This document shows, one piece after another, positions 48,835 through 61,462 of a DNA stretch of 64,000 nucleotides; the stretch's first letter is position 1; each line of letters opens with the position of its first letter. The notes beneath the pieces are model-generated. The model saw only the letters and a list, made by a program, of their open reading frames with translations. It made no database searches and was not told the origin of the DNA. The DNA comes from Fimicolochytrium jonesii. Taxonomy: Eukaryota. The stretch lies in NCBI RefSeq assembly GCF_025526975.1, contig NW_026515686.1, positions 310,001 to 374,000 on the forward strand, given 5' to 3'. The position numbers were made by a program, and so were the translations under genes.

Positions 48835-49192
48835 GATGGTGTTGGGTGTAGATGACCGGCAGCGAAATCTTCCAGTGCTTGGAACTTGGAAGCGAGACGG
48901 AGTGCTGGTCACTTGCCGAAAGAAACACTAGCCTCCGCGAACTTGTCATTAACTCTCACGTCGCTGATTTGAGCGGAACAGTTGAAGCGCGCTAATCAAA
49001 ACGCGCACGAATGCATCGAAGCGCGTCTAATCAAATGCCTTCTCTTGATCACGACGAAGTCATCTCGAGGCTTCGGGCGACGGAGAAGGCGTTGGCCTGT
49101 TGGCGACAGCGCTGAGACCGTCGGCTGGCTGCATGTGATTGGAATCGTCCCCCCGCTTGCTGTCTTCTTTCTCACTGCCTCCCTCCGCAGAT

Positions 49193-50779
49193 ATGGCAGA
49201 CAAGCCCTCGCCGCCGCTGCCAGAAGATGCGACAACGGAGGACGCACGAATGAAGGATGGCCACACCCAACCGCCGAAACCACTACCGACGATGACGCAG
49301 GCATCCCACCTACGCTCCCTCAATCTCACCAACCAGTCTCTAACCGTCTTTCCCAGCGACGCGATCTCACAAGCCACCGGCATCAACCTCCTCAACCTCT
49401 CTAACAACCGCCTCTCCTCCCTGCCCGCCGAAGTACTAACTAAAATGGTCAACCTAACGATCCTGTTTTGCTCGGATAACCGCTTCACGACATTACCTGA
49501 GTGTCTAGGCCAGCTGCCGAAATTGGAGATGGTCGCGTTCAAGCATAACGCGATCAGTAGTGTTCCCGCGTCGGCTATCCCCGTCGACACGCTGCGGTGG
49601 CTGATATTGACGGATAATCATATCACCTCCTTGCCCGATGAAATTGGAGCTTGTACCAAATTGCAGAAGTTGATGCTGGCAGGGAACAAGCTGACGCATA
49701 TCCCTGACTCGATGCGTGGGTGCAAAGCTCTTGAACTGGTGCGGATATCAGCGAACATGCTGGTGGAGTTTCCGACTGTTTTGCTGACGTTGCCGCGGTT
49801 GGCCTGGTTGGCGTTCGAGGGGAACCCGTTTTGCGATACAAGGGATAAGGAAGGGATTGCTCCAGTGGAGGTTCCTGTGGTGGACTGGGAGACGGTGGAT
49901 GTGGAGGCGATGCTGGGTGAGGGGGCTTCGGGTGTGATTTACAAGGGTACTTGGAGGACGGAGGCGGACAAAATGCGCCCGGTTGCTGTTAAAGTGTTCA
50001 AGGGAGAGGTTACCAGGCATGTATAGACAGCGATTTGAGCTGGGGGCGAGCTCCAAGCGAAGAAAATGCTAATGTACCAACGTCTCCCCTCTAGCGACGG
50101 ATGGCCACAAAGCGAGCTCTCCACTGCGCTCCACGCCGGCAACCACCCAAATCTCATCCCCATCCTCGGCCACCTCCCCGCCTCCACCTCAACATTCACC
50201 TTCACACCCTCTCCCATTCCATCAAAACCTATCCTGAACGCCGCAACCCCCAGCCCGATAAGCGCCCCCAAAAACACCGCCCTCCTCATGTCCCTCATCC
50301 CACCCACCTACAAAATCCTCGCCGGCCCACCCTCCTTCGCGACGTGCACCCGCGACGTCTACACCCCCACCACAACATTCACGCCCACCACCGCCCTGCG
50401 ACTCCTCCTCGGCGTCGCAAGCGCCGTGCGGCACCTGCATGCGCGTGGAATCACGCATGGGGACTGCTATGCGCATAATGTGCTGGTTGGTGAGGATGGG
50501 GAGTGTTATCTGGGCGACTTTGGGGGGGCGAGTTTCGTGGGTGGGTTTCCGGTTAGAATTGGAGGACGGCTGAGGAGGGTGGAGGTCAGGGCGTTTGGGT
50601 GTTTGGTGGAGGAGATTACGGAGAGGTGCGTCGGCGGAGATGGGGAAGGGGATGTTGAACGAGTTTTGGAGGGTTTGAGGAAGCTGAGGAAACGGTGTGA
50701 TGATGAGAATGTGGATGATCGACCGGAGTTTGAGGAGATTTGCACTGTTTTGAGAGATTGGCGTGACTGGTTCGAATAG
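49193..50779 (+). CDS. Leucine-rich-repeat protein kinase of the bacterial-type LRR-kinase family
   Basis: LRRs (LRWLILTDN, LQKLMLAGN, LELVRISAN, LAWLAFEGNPF), then LGEGASG, VAVKVFKGEVTSDG, AGPPSFATCTRD, HGDCYAHN, LGDFGGAS. One intron, 50017-50094. Confidence 0.88.
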
Positions 50780-51103
50780 ACATGGTTGCCCTTAGACATG
50801 GTTGCCAGTGGACTGGGGAGATGCAGCTTGGATACCCATGTGCAAAGGACTTTAATTCATGTACATAGAGCCGTATGAGATGACCCCCTCTCCCCTGGTG
50901 CAATTAGTTTCGTGAAGAAGACCGCGCGAAGATGCGCTGTGGAATTACTGTACGCTTCTGTCCGGACGTATCGGACGGCTTGTTCGGACGCGCGTCAAAC
51001 TCTATCATCTCGCGGGAAGTCCATCCTCCGACTTTCCAAGTTCCAATCCAACTTCAACTTCTTGCGCTCAGCACCAACTCCCCAGAGTCACTACCTAAAG
51101 ACA

Positions 51104-52053
51104 ATGTTGTGCACAACGAGTAACCACCCCATCGCCGCCGCAGACACTCAACCCCTCCTGCTCATGCTCGTCCACCGGCCGAACGCAGAAAAGCTCCATA
51201 AGGTATGCCCATCATATCGCCGCCCCGAAATTCCCACGACTAACGTTACAATAGCCATCCCCAGCAATCCTAACCCTAGGCCTAGAGCCCGCCTCCGAAT
51301 CCGCGTGCGCCATTGCCGTCGTGCTCCCGAGTCGAAAACATGCTAATTGGGTGCGGGATAACGCTTATGCTGGTAAAACATCTTCATATCCGAAGCTTCA
51401 GCCGCTTTCAACTTATGCGTTGATGATACAGGATGTGTCTTCAGCGTCACCCTCCCCACCACGGGCGCATCACCAAACCACCCACCCCCGACATCAGCAA
51501 CTCCGAATCCATTCTTAGACGCCGCACCAGGCACCCTCGTCGACCCACCCACACCCACATGTTTAGGCCTCTATCTCCGCACACTGCGCGCGGATGCGGT
51601 GTTGCGATTGGTTCGGGAAGGGGATCCGATGGTCGAGGAGCACGGCGGTTTTAGGGATACGGTTGAGGGGTGGTGGGTTGCTGGGTGGAATGACGGGTAC
51701 GTGTATACTCTCTTCATCATATCTTGTCATCAACATCATGATTGGACTCTGCACTTAACATCCACAGTCCACACATCCCCCAAGAAGAATCCACAACCCC
51801 CATCCACAAAACAACACCAAACCTCCTCGCCTCCCTCCTCAGGTTCCGCAAATCGCGCATCGCGGCGGGCGCGAGAAAGGGGCAGCTGGCGGCTGTGGAT
51901 GCGCTGATTGGGGTCGAGACGGAGTGCGTTTTCCAGGAGTGGACTGAGGCTGTTTATGGGGGTGGGAGTGATGCGGATGGGGAGGGGGAGGAGGATGGTG
52001 GGGATGACGTTGGTGAGAGCGTGGAGGGGAGTGTGGATGAGGATGAGGAGTGA
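51104..52053 (+). CDS. Hypothetical multi-exon protein with acidic C-terminus
   Basis: ATG at 51104, GT-AG introns with branch sites, coding-like exons ending ...VETECVFQEWTEAVYGGGSDADGEGEEDGG...DEDEE*. Confidence 0.5.
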
Positions 52054-52575
52054 GGGAATGACCGGAAGTGCACACGCTGCTGTGCGATCGCGGAAGGGTC
52101 TACATCTACAGTCCTCCCCGCCCTATTGCTTCTCACAGACAGATAGCCATCAGCGTAAAGACAATCCTATTACTGCATAGACCCTTACACTTCAGCAACA
52201 GACAGCTTTGTATTTACACCTCCTACACTGTACACGAAATTTATGCTTTTATACTACCAAAGGCGCATATCCAAAACATACATGCTCACACTTCCACAAT
52301 AGACACAGGGTATAAGCCAAAAAAGGACAAACCATCACACATACAACCGGGCCCGTGCGCTAAATGTATTCAGAAACGACGCGAGCGGGAGGGTCGGGGG
52401 ATGGAGGGTACGGCACGACATACGACAACAAGCAAAGCGTCCGTAAAACCCCCAGTTCGGTTCGCCGGTACGTCATACCTAGAAAACGTTGCCAAACCGC
52501 CTCCATGCTTGTGAAGTGGTCGGCATCATTCCTTTCCCCCGCGCTCAACTCCCCCTCATCCTCTCCCCTCACCCA

Positions 52576-55446
52576 TCAACATTTACTGATAAAGACAGAC
52601 ACCCCGAATTTCGTTACGTTATAGACCTTCGCAACCGGCCCGCCTTCCTCCGTTGCTCTTGCCGGAAGCGGGCCCGGCGGTGGCTGTGGGGGCTGTTGTT
52701 GGTGATGCCGAGTACGATGTTGCGGGGGGTCCACCAGTCCATCATAGTCATCGTCAAGGTCCATCGGCGGCAGCGCATAGGAGGTGGAAGCGGACGCACG
52801 ACGACGCGGGTTAGCGCGGGCTGGGATGATTACGCTTCGAGCTGGAACGATGTTCTTGGTCTGAGTGTTCCTGAATGCACCTTTCTTCGCTTTCCCTTTC
52901 TTTGATCCCACGCCGACCGAAATCGCACGCTTTTTGCCGTGGCCGAGAACAAACTCCTCAGACTCGCTCCCTGACGACACCGAGATGGCCTCTTCATCGG
53001 AGGAGCTGTATGACGAGTATGTGTCGTCAGAACCCGAGGCTGCGGCGCCCGGGGGCGGAGTGACCATGAGTCGGGGTCGGCGACGGATGCCTTCCTGTTG
53101 GTGTCGTCGTCGACGATGTAGGGTAGCCATTTGAATATCCTCGTCCGCGTCGGAGGAAGAAGCGGTGGCGGAGGAAGCAGAAGAAGCATCGGTGCATGCA
53201 AGACTGGCGAATTCGGAACCGGATTTCGAGATGACCATATCGTCTTCTTCACTACACTCATCCTCCACCTCACTTCCATCGTTGACCAGGATCGAGGTTG
53301 GCGCCTCGTCGCCGGATACGGCCGAAGAAGACGTCTCTGACACGCTGATGGAGCTTAACTCGCTAAGATCCGAGCTTTCGGGGTCCTCCGGGCCCCTAGC
53401 GGCGCCCGGTGGTGGTGTCGGGGGTCGCGTGAGTCTATGGGTGACCTTAGCGAGGAGCGTCTTTGTCGGAGAGGATGTTAAGGATGTAGGGTTTCTGTCG
53501 GTGCATTCCTTCCTATAGTGTCCCAGTCCCTTGCAGTGGCCGCACATTCCCTTCCTCGTGTCGCTGTCGGAAAATATAGATGGACCTCCCTTGTTGTTGG
53601 CATGTTTGGTGGCGACGGTGAAGGGCTTCAAGGCCGGCTTCGAATGGCTCCGATTTACAAATTTAACTATCTGGGAGAGGGTTGGTTTCTGAACGGCCTC
53701 CCCTGCCAGTATCACCCCTGTCGATTGGGTGTCAGAGTTGGGTCCCGATCCGGAAGCCCCCGAGATAGACTCTAGGATCTTGTCGAACGCGTACTCCATG
53801 TCCGTCTTTTTGCTCATGTCCGCAGGAGCCTTAGCGTCGCCCCCGGACACAGGCGTCTCCGCAAGGGGAGGCTGAGGCTTTGGGCCTTCGGAGATTCTAG
53901 GTCTGGCCGTCCCCAAAGGGATCCGTTTGCTTGGCCGAGAAGGGTTCTCAGAGTCGATACTTGCTTTGCGCTGCATCTGCGGAGGTTTCGTTGAGAGGCC
54001 AACGGAACTCTCGCGTGTTTTTAAAGGGCGTTTTCGTTTTGGAGTAGGTGCATCTGCGGCTGGGGCCACAACCGGCGGAGTAAGCCTGGATGGGGCCTCC
54101 GTCAGGACCGCTATCTCTGCTGCACTTTCGCTTCTTTTCGCCGACGTACGGGAAGGCAGTACCACTTTCACGCTCTCGGTGGTGTTTGGGCCAGTGTTCG
54201 AGGGAAGCGCCATCTGGCCTGCGTTCGTCGTATTTGTCACCGTGGGTGATAAGACAACTGCTGCTTTGGTGTTCGAGGGGAGGGCCGGTGCCCTGCCTGC
54301 GTTCGCCTTGGTCGTCGCCGTGGGTGATGCGACAACTACTGCCTCGTTTTCAGCTGATTTTGTCGCCGTGATCTGAGGGAAGGGCACTTTTGTTGCCTGA
54401 TTCGTTATCATCGCTGGAAGAATTGTAGTCGCCTTCGTCGAGGGGAGCGCCGGTGCACTTCCTGCAGTCGTCTTGGGCGCCGCCACGAGTGATGGCACAG
54501 CTACTGTCTTGCTTTCAGTTGATTTTACCGCCGTGAGCTGGGAGGGGGCCACTTCTTCGCTTTCATTCGGTATGGCCGGGAGAGTCTCTTCGGTGCCTTC
54601 ACTCGCCGGGGTATGACGGAGCGCCACTTCTTCACTTTCATTCGTGATGGTCACTGGAAGAGTCTCTGCGGTCCTTTCACTCGTCGGAGGACAGAGCGCC
54701 ACTTCTTCACTTTCGTTCGTGATAGTCACTGGAAGAGTCTCTGCGGTCCTTTCACTCGTCGTCGGAGGACAGAGCACCACTTCTTCACTTTCACTCGTAA
54801 TATTCGCTGGAAGAGACACTGCGGTCGTTTCACTGATCGTCGGAGGAGATAGCGCCACTTCCTTGCTTGCTTCATTCGTTATGGTCGCTGAAAGGGTCTC
54901 TGCGATGATTTTACTAGTCGTCGCAGGACGGAGCGCCTCGTCTTCACTTTCAATCTTGGTCGTCACCTTTATCTTCTTCGGAGAAGGGCGCGTTACCTTC
55001 GTCTTCTTCTTTGGAGAAGAGCGCGCCACTGCTATTCCTTCTCTCGCCTTTGCCGGCGAAGTTGGGAGTGTCTCGATCTTTACTGCCTTTTTCTTTATAG
55101 TCCCGTAGTCCTGCCAATCAGTCAGGTCGATTGTTTCCCCCTTAGAAGTTATCCCAACCAATCGCTCCGCGGGTTTCGGCGGCGGCGGGGCGTCGGCCAA
55201 AGACTTCCTACAGGCTTCCTGAATCTGACGCTGGAGGAGGACATCCCCGAGATCCGTTGGCTTCCTAGGTTTGGGCGTTCTACGTGCCCGAAGTGGTTGC
55301 TCGTCGGGCGGGATCACGAACGATGCGGGTGTAGTAGTACGGCGGCGTTTTGTAGTGTAAGAGGAAGATGATTCAGCGGAAGTCCTCACCTGCCCGGCCT
55401 CTGCCTCACTCCCTGCCGCAGCGCTCCTCTTTGGCATCTTGGCCAT
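52576..55446 (-). CDS. Large disordered protein with one CCHC zinc knuckle, internal tandem repeats and S/D/E-rich tracts; a short extra 3' exon to about 52360 is possible
   Basis: About 960-codon ORF with CGHCKGLGHYRKEC (C-x2-C-x4-H-x4-C) and basic NLS-like clusters. Confidence 0.72.
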   Translation of the reverse strand: MAKMPKRSAAAGSEAEAGQVRTSAESSSSYTTKRRRTTTPASFVIPPDEQPLRARRTPKPRKPTDLGDVLLQRQIQEACRKSLADAPPPPKPAERLVGITSKGETIDLTDWQDYGTIKKKAVKIETLPTSPAKAREGIAVARSSPKKKTKVTRPSPKKIKVTTKIESEDEALRPATTSKIIAETLSATITNEASKEVALSPPTISETTAVSLPANITSESEEVVLCPPTTSERTAETLPVTITNESEEVALCPPTSERTAETLPVTITNESEEVALRHTPASEGTEETLPAIPNESEEVAPSQLTAVKSTESKTVAVPSLVAAPKTTAGSAPALPSTKATTILPAMITNQATKVPFPQITATKSAENEAVVVASPTATTKANAGRAPALPSNTKAAVVLSPTVTNTTNAGQMALPSNTGPNTTESVKVVLPSRTSAKRSESAAEIAVLTEAPSRLTPPVVAPAADAPTPKRKRPLKTRESSVGLSTKPPQMQRKASIDSENPSRPSKRIPLGTARPRISEGPKPQPPLAETPVSGGDAKAPADMSKKTDMEYAFDKILESISGASGSGPNSDTQSTGVILAGEAVQKPTLSQIVKFVNRSHSKPALKPFTVATKHANNKGGPSIFSDSDTRKGMCGHCKGLGHYRKECTDRNPTSLTSSPTKTLLAKVTHRLTRPPTPPPGAARGPEDPESSDLSELSSISVSETSSSAVSGDEAPTSILVNDGSEVEDECSEEDDMVISKSGSEFASLACTDASSASSATASSSDADEDIQMATLHRRRRHQQEGIRRRPRLMVTPPPGAAASGSDDTYSSYSSSDEEAISVSSGSESEEFVLGHGKKRAISVGVGSKKGKAKKGAFRNTQTKNIVPARSVIIPARANPRRRASASTSYALPPMDLDDDYDGLVDPPQHRTRHHQQQPPQPPPGPLPARATEEGGPVAKVYNVTKFGVSVFISKC
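54530..54905 (-). repeat. Coding tandem repeat, about 5 copies of a ~25-aa unit (ESEEVALCPPTSERTAETLPVTITN)
   Basis: Near-identical DNA units containing ccacttcttcactttc...gtcactggaagagtctctgcggtcctttcactcgtc. Confidence 0.85.
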
Positions 55447-56834
55447 CGACTTGTTTCCCACGCCCGATTACGGTTGAGTTGGGATCGGTCAACTGCGGAG
55501 CGGTTCCCGTTCGCGCGTTTTTGCCTGCTGTTATTCGGACTCCTCTCGGACTCCCCAGCAAGTTATCGCTGGTCAAATAACGCAGCTGGAAGACACTGCG
55601 CCGGGAGATTGCTGTAGATGTGCTGTACTGTATGTACATCCCTCACTATTCCGACCTGCATGTGCGATTCTCTGCTTCGTCTGGAAAGTCGAGTATCTTC
55701 CCATAACCTCAAAACGAAGCTTCAAAAAATTGCAGAAAACACCAGAGGCCATGCAAGTATCTCGAACGAATCGAACTCGGGCGCCATATTGGTTCACAAA
55801 TCATACCGCCGCAGGCATGAATCCTTTCATGTTGCAGAGATGGATGCGGGATGGAAGCTGAGGCAACATCTGAATGGTGGGAATCTGACACGAATCTACA
55901 GTATCGAAGGCGGGTTGCCATAATCTCATTTGCGTATGTGCCACAGTGCCAGGGTTGAGCGTGGTGGATTTGTAGATTGCAGGACATTACCAATCTCCCA
56001 GCCACAGGCGTGCCGTGATGCGACACAAAGTGGCCAACCTGTCCTCAACCCTTCCAGTTCTACACAGTCTCCTCTCCGCTAATGAAACGATTAAGATTTG
56101 GCCTCATATCCTAATCCGAAATGATTAGCCAGATGAGGTTCATGCCTCAGAAACCGTCGAACATTTGTGAGCTTTCCGCTGGGATTGGGTACGACACGCA
56201 GAGGTAACCAGGTTGGTTACACGGAAACGTCCATCGGCGGTATGCGTAGTTGGAGCCTTGCCGATCCCGAAGCCAGCCAGATATCGCAGTTGGCATCCCA
56301 TAATAGTCATATTATAGATTCCGGTCCTACGTATTACGCGCGGCACCTGTTTCCTGGATATGCTGATGATGTGGAATGAGTAACTTTAAAGCCGTGACGC
56401 TCGTCCTCCATCCACAAGTGGTTGATCGCACCTCCCCCTCACTGGCTTGCTTGCACTGCCCGCCATAGCCATATTCCCTCCCTCTCCAAACCTTACTTAC
56501 TGACGCTCGTGGCGCGAAAAGCAACCCCCGTTACAACCACGCCCCAGGATTTCCTCATAGCAGAGTCACATTCTCCTACTCTACTGGCGACACCCTCGTC
56601 CTTCTGTTTCCGTCTTCTTGACGCCAAGCTGCCTCAGCGCGATCTTCCCTTCCCGCGGAAGCCTTTCGCCGTCATCACTCACGACACGTAAAAGTCTCCC
56701 GTCAGATCCAGCGTTGCTGACCTTGGCTCTCGCGTTACCAGCGCTTCAACCACCGACCCTCGCAACACTGTTTCATCGACCGTCCAACCCTCGAATAACG
56801 CCGCTCGGTTGATACCGGCTTCTGTGAAAACCTA

Positions 56835-58908
56835 ATGGGGACAGGTAGCTCAAAGGTCAAAGGGCCTGGCAAGCGCAAAAGCATTGCGAGCTTTGCCGAA
56901 AAAGATGTCGCAGAACTAGCTGCCGCAAACAACTCAACCAGTGCTATCACTACCAGCGACGCTGCCAACTCTGCTTCGCCCACAAAGGGCTCGCCACGAA
57001 GGTTCTCGGCTCCTGCGAGCATCCTCCCACCGCTCGTCACTCAGACCAAACCTTCGGAAACAGGCGGTGACCAGGCCCCCACCACCACCTCGTCCGTCGT
57101 CAAGCCGCACAGCCTGGCCATGCCTGTGCCCACACCGACTCGAAGCTTCGAGAGCAAAAAGTTTCCAAAGTCGCCTCCGCCTGTAAAGTCTGGTAACAAT
57201 ACGGACTTTGATGACTACACGACATCCGACGGAGCCGACAACGATAACGACAACGATAATGACGATGGTGACAAAACGACCGACAATGAAGGCGATGAAG
57301 TGGATGGAGTCAGCGCCGATGGAAGCTTGCCTAGCCCGATTTCTGATGCGTCACCTTCGAGAGGGATCTTGGGCTCGACGGCACAGCTCCATGGCGTGTC
57401 GAGCGATAAAATTGGGCCGAAAAGCAAACACAACGTCGACGACCTGATTGCTCGGCTCCTCGAAGTGCGAAACCAGAAAGTCTCAAAATCACTCTGTCTC
57501 AAAACCTCCGAAGTCGCATCCATCTGCCACGCTGCTCGTCAAATCCTCCTAAGCCAACCCATCCTTCTGGAACTGCTTCCACCCGTGAACATCGTCGGTG
57601 ACATCCACGGCCAATACGAAGACCTACTGCGAATCTTTGATATGTGCGGGAGGCCGCCAGACACCAACTACCTCTTCCTGGGCGATTATGTCGACCGTGG
57701 AAAGCAGAGCTTGGAAACGATACTCTTATTGCTGTGTTACAAGATCAAATACCCGGAGAATTTCTTTATTTTGCGAGGAAATCACGAGTGCGCTTCTGTA
57801 AACAGAGGTAAGCTCTCCGTCATTGAAAGGAGCCGTGTGAACTCATTATCAGCTCGCTTACCGTTTCCCGTCTCTTTCTATCAGTATATGGGTTCTACGA
57901 CGAATGCAAACGGAGATGTTCACTCAAGATATGGCGCTTGTTTACCGACGTGTTCAACTGTCTGCCGATTGCCGCTCTCGTAGCTGGTGAGTTTCAATCA
58001 TCTTTCGTCTTTCTATCCGGCGAACTTCCTCCTGTCCCTATTTACTAACGCATATGTGGTCTCCAACAGGGAAGGTACCCATTCGCCTCAAATTCCCGCG
58101 ATTGAAATGCTGAGCGTGAGAAACTGATCTAATTCCTCCTTCACATTGCAGATCTTCTGTATTCATGGCGGCCTGTCGCCACATTTGCATACGTAAGTTT
58201 CACCACACTGCAAGCGCGCCACTACCCAATGGTTTCCAGACACTGATTGCGTTTGGTTGAACAGGATGGACGATATCAGAGATGTAACACGGCCTAGCGA
58301 TGTGCCGGATTATGGCCTGCTGAACGGTAAGACACCGTTTCCAAGTTCCGCAACCAGAAGAGAAGGTCGTGCAAAAATCACTAACGCATGTCCTCGCATG
58401 CAAACCCATAGACCTACTTTGGTCCGACCCGAGCGACGTAAGCATCTTTCATGTTCCTAACTCCCATCGAATATAACACACATACTCACACTCCTTCATC
58501 CTTCTCCTCCATAGACCGCAACAGACTGGGAAGACAACGAACGCGGCGTCTCCTACTGCTTCAGCAAACAAATCGTGTCCGAGTTTCTCGCCCGGCACGA
58601 CCTCGACCTCGTGTGCAGGGCCCACATGGTCGTTGAGGAAGGCTATGAGTTTTTCAACAACCGCACACTGGTTACGGTGTTCTCGGCGCCGAATTATTGT
58701 GGGGAGTTTGATAATAAGGGGTATGGTTACCACAATGCGGTGCATTATACTGGCTGAATTTTCGCTAAACGGCTGGTTGATTTCTTGTAGAGCGGTCATG
58801 TGCGTTAACGAAGACCTCCTATGCTCCTTCGAGATCCTGGCGCCGCAGCTGAACCCGCGGTTTAAGGGCGCGGGGCGACGCAGGATGTCGCCGCCGCTCG
58901 TCAAATGA
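56835..58908 (+). CDS. PPZ1: PPZ-type Ser/Thr protein phosphatase (PP1-related)
   Basis: MGTGSSK myristoylation-like start and disordered N-half. [62 protein letters not shown]. Confidence 0.88.
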
Positions 58909-60167
58909 AGGGGTATCGCAGTAACGAAAGCTGCGACAGCATAACCCTGATACCTCTCTTCGACCTGATACATCGGCACACGGACGACGGGGACTTGTGA
59001 CAGTAGGGGTATCCGCAATTTGTAGGATGTGGGATTGAATCGACTTTTACCGACATATGAGTGGGAGTGGAGACTGGGCCACCAACATCGAACCCGCTAC
59101 ATACCCCGCCTTCCATGAAAAACCGTCGTCCGCCCAGGGCTACCCATCGATAACTGACGACCACGCAATCCCTTACTCCCGCTGCGCGTCCCGCAATCCC
59201 ACACACCTCCACTCCACCTCCCTCACACCCCACCCCCGTCCCGATACCTTTCCTACATTCTTGTACATGCATTCACCGTCTCGTCGTTATCTCTTCTAGC
59301 GGCTGTTTCCCACCTGGTGTTCCGTCCCACATCTCAAAACGTCCCCTTTATTTCGGTCCCACTGTTTTTAGCATCAGCGGCTTTTGCGGGACGGAGTACG
59401 TGATATGTATTAGGGGGGCTTCTCCCCCTTTTTGTTAGTGGGACGTGTTGTGGGCAATATATAAAAATTTCGATTTTGTTACAAACGAAGCGAAGAGGGA
59501 TGTCACCCCCAAAACCCCCACCCCACCCCATTGCGGACTCGCAGGAAGCGACCCTACGTCGCTGCCATCTGTTCCTTCCCACGTGCACCATCGCAGCAGG
59601 ACATACCCCAGGACTGTTACTTCATATTACCCCCCTGGTGTGAGCCGTCTCACTACGGGTCAAGTCCCTTATCAACGTCAACAGCCCTTTCGCCGACAGG
59701 TCTACATGGCGCGACGAATGGGTTGGTTGGGTGGGGATCCCGACGAGAACGGCAGGAGTGTGGTAGTATGTTGCCGGTGTTGCCGAGCGATGGGAGAGGT
59801 GACCAGATCTGTCCGAGCAGTGGCCAAGGTGGCCAAGCGGTTCGAGCGGTGTGAAGCAGTGAAGGCCCTGAAGGACCCGACCACCCTTGACGGCACTATG
59901 CGTGGCGGGGTTGTGGCGGGGACGACAGGCAGCCCCACTGTTCACACGCGAACGACAACAGGTGCGTACCTCGCGTACAGTTGGTGGTCACAGACAAGCG
60001 AAATAGTAAATTCCGCATCTTGAATCCGAGGTATGCCCGTCTCGTCTCGCATTCGTCTCGCGTGCCCGGGTCCATACTGCCAACCACTGATTCATAGCTT
60101 TTTCTCAGCGGGATGGGTGTTATGCTTTCTGTGCCCTATTCTCTTGAAACCGATGCACGCCACAACC

Positions 60168-61191
60168 TTACACCTCCACACCCCTCTCAACCCGGGCAAC
60201 CTTCAGCTCCAAATCCGAGATCACGTCGTCGTAGCAGATGAAGATGTCGGAGAGATTATTTATCTGCCATTCCCAGTTTTTCAATACACATGTCAGTCCT
60301 GGTATGATGAACAAGGGAGGGAGGTGTGAACTCACGAAATGGTTGTAAGAGTCTAGTATTTCTGCGAGCTTCCGCTGTGTGGCGTTTTCTTTACTTCTTT
60401 GCAAGACGATTGATGATTCGAGGGTGCTGAGGTGGCGGATATTGATGGGGAGGTCTATATCGTTCCGGAAATGAGTATCAATGCGTCCTATCGTTGTTCC
60501 ACTCCCTAATTCGCGTGAAACCTTTCCTCAAACCTACTATCAAGTACCCCCTTCCGATCCAACTCCCCCCTCAGGGCATCCACCATCCGCAATTCTTCGG
60601 CAACCAGCAGCAACTCGCTCTCGGCGCTCAGCACCAGATCCTTTTTGGCAGCCACATCCAGTAATGCAGCGCGGTCAGTGTCGGCGTCGGACGAGGAGTC
60701 GGGGGTTAGGAGCGGGCGCAGTTGGTTGTCTGCGGGAGATCATGTGAGAGATGTGGGATGGGATGGGAGAGACGGGGATGAGTCTGGGTAGGTGGATAGT
60801 GACGGCGCTGGCAAGGGGCAAGGCTCCTGTCCCTCGCCTCTCAAAGCATCCAATTCACCCCCACCACAACACGTCCACTTCGACTTCCATCCACTCACAA
60901 ATCCCCAATCCTAGCGCAGTCTGCAAACATACATCGAAAAACAAAATCTCCCACAGCTTTCTTCTCCACCATACACCTCTGCAGCCTATCCTGCACGCGC
61001 TGGAGGGACTTGACCAGCGAGTGCCTGCTGCTACTGCTGCTATCGGACGCATCTTCGCGGGGATGGGTGTTGGCGGCAAGTGATGGCGAGGTGAGGTGCT
61101 CGAGATGGGATAGGCGGTCAAGCAGGGCGGAGGTGGGGTCGTCGTCGACGGTGGTGACGGCGGCGGACGAGTGTGTTGGTGTGGATGACAT
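60168..61191 (-). CDS. DCTN3: Dynactin subunit 3 (p22/p24)-like coiled-coil protein
   Basis: LLDRLSHLEHL...AAKKDLVLSAESEL...ILDSYNHFINNLSDIFICYDDVISDLE. Four exons. Confidence 0.65.
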
Positions 61192-61462
61192 TCTGATGGT
61201 GATGAGGGTCTGGATGACTAGGGAGGTTCTGGGGAGGTCTACGTGGAGTTGCCTAAGATGGTCTCGTAAGCTCTCGTAAGTTCGCGGTTTTATGGTCGCG
61301 GTCCTTTTGTTTTCTCATGTGTGGAATATTTGGTCTAGCGCACAGACCGTCACAGAGACTCCGTTCCGAAGGCTCCTGCAACCATACGTACCGAACTCTC
61401 CGTACGTTCACATACTTTCGTCCTCACAAACCTCTTCTCGAAGAGCCTACGCACTTGCAAAG

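Noticed and set aside
59445..60023. 192-aa ORF between PPZ and DCTN3
   Set aside because: Non-ATG start, no recognisable motif or codon bias; probably UTR/intergenic.
61292..61462. In-frame upstream ATG extending DPH5 by 57 aa
   Set aside because: Lies in the ~270-bp divergent promoter shared with DCTN3, probably upstream of the TSS. The conserved Dph5 start is at 61463.
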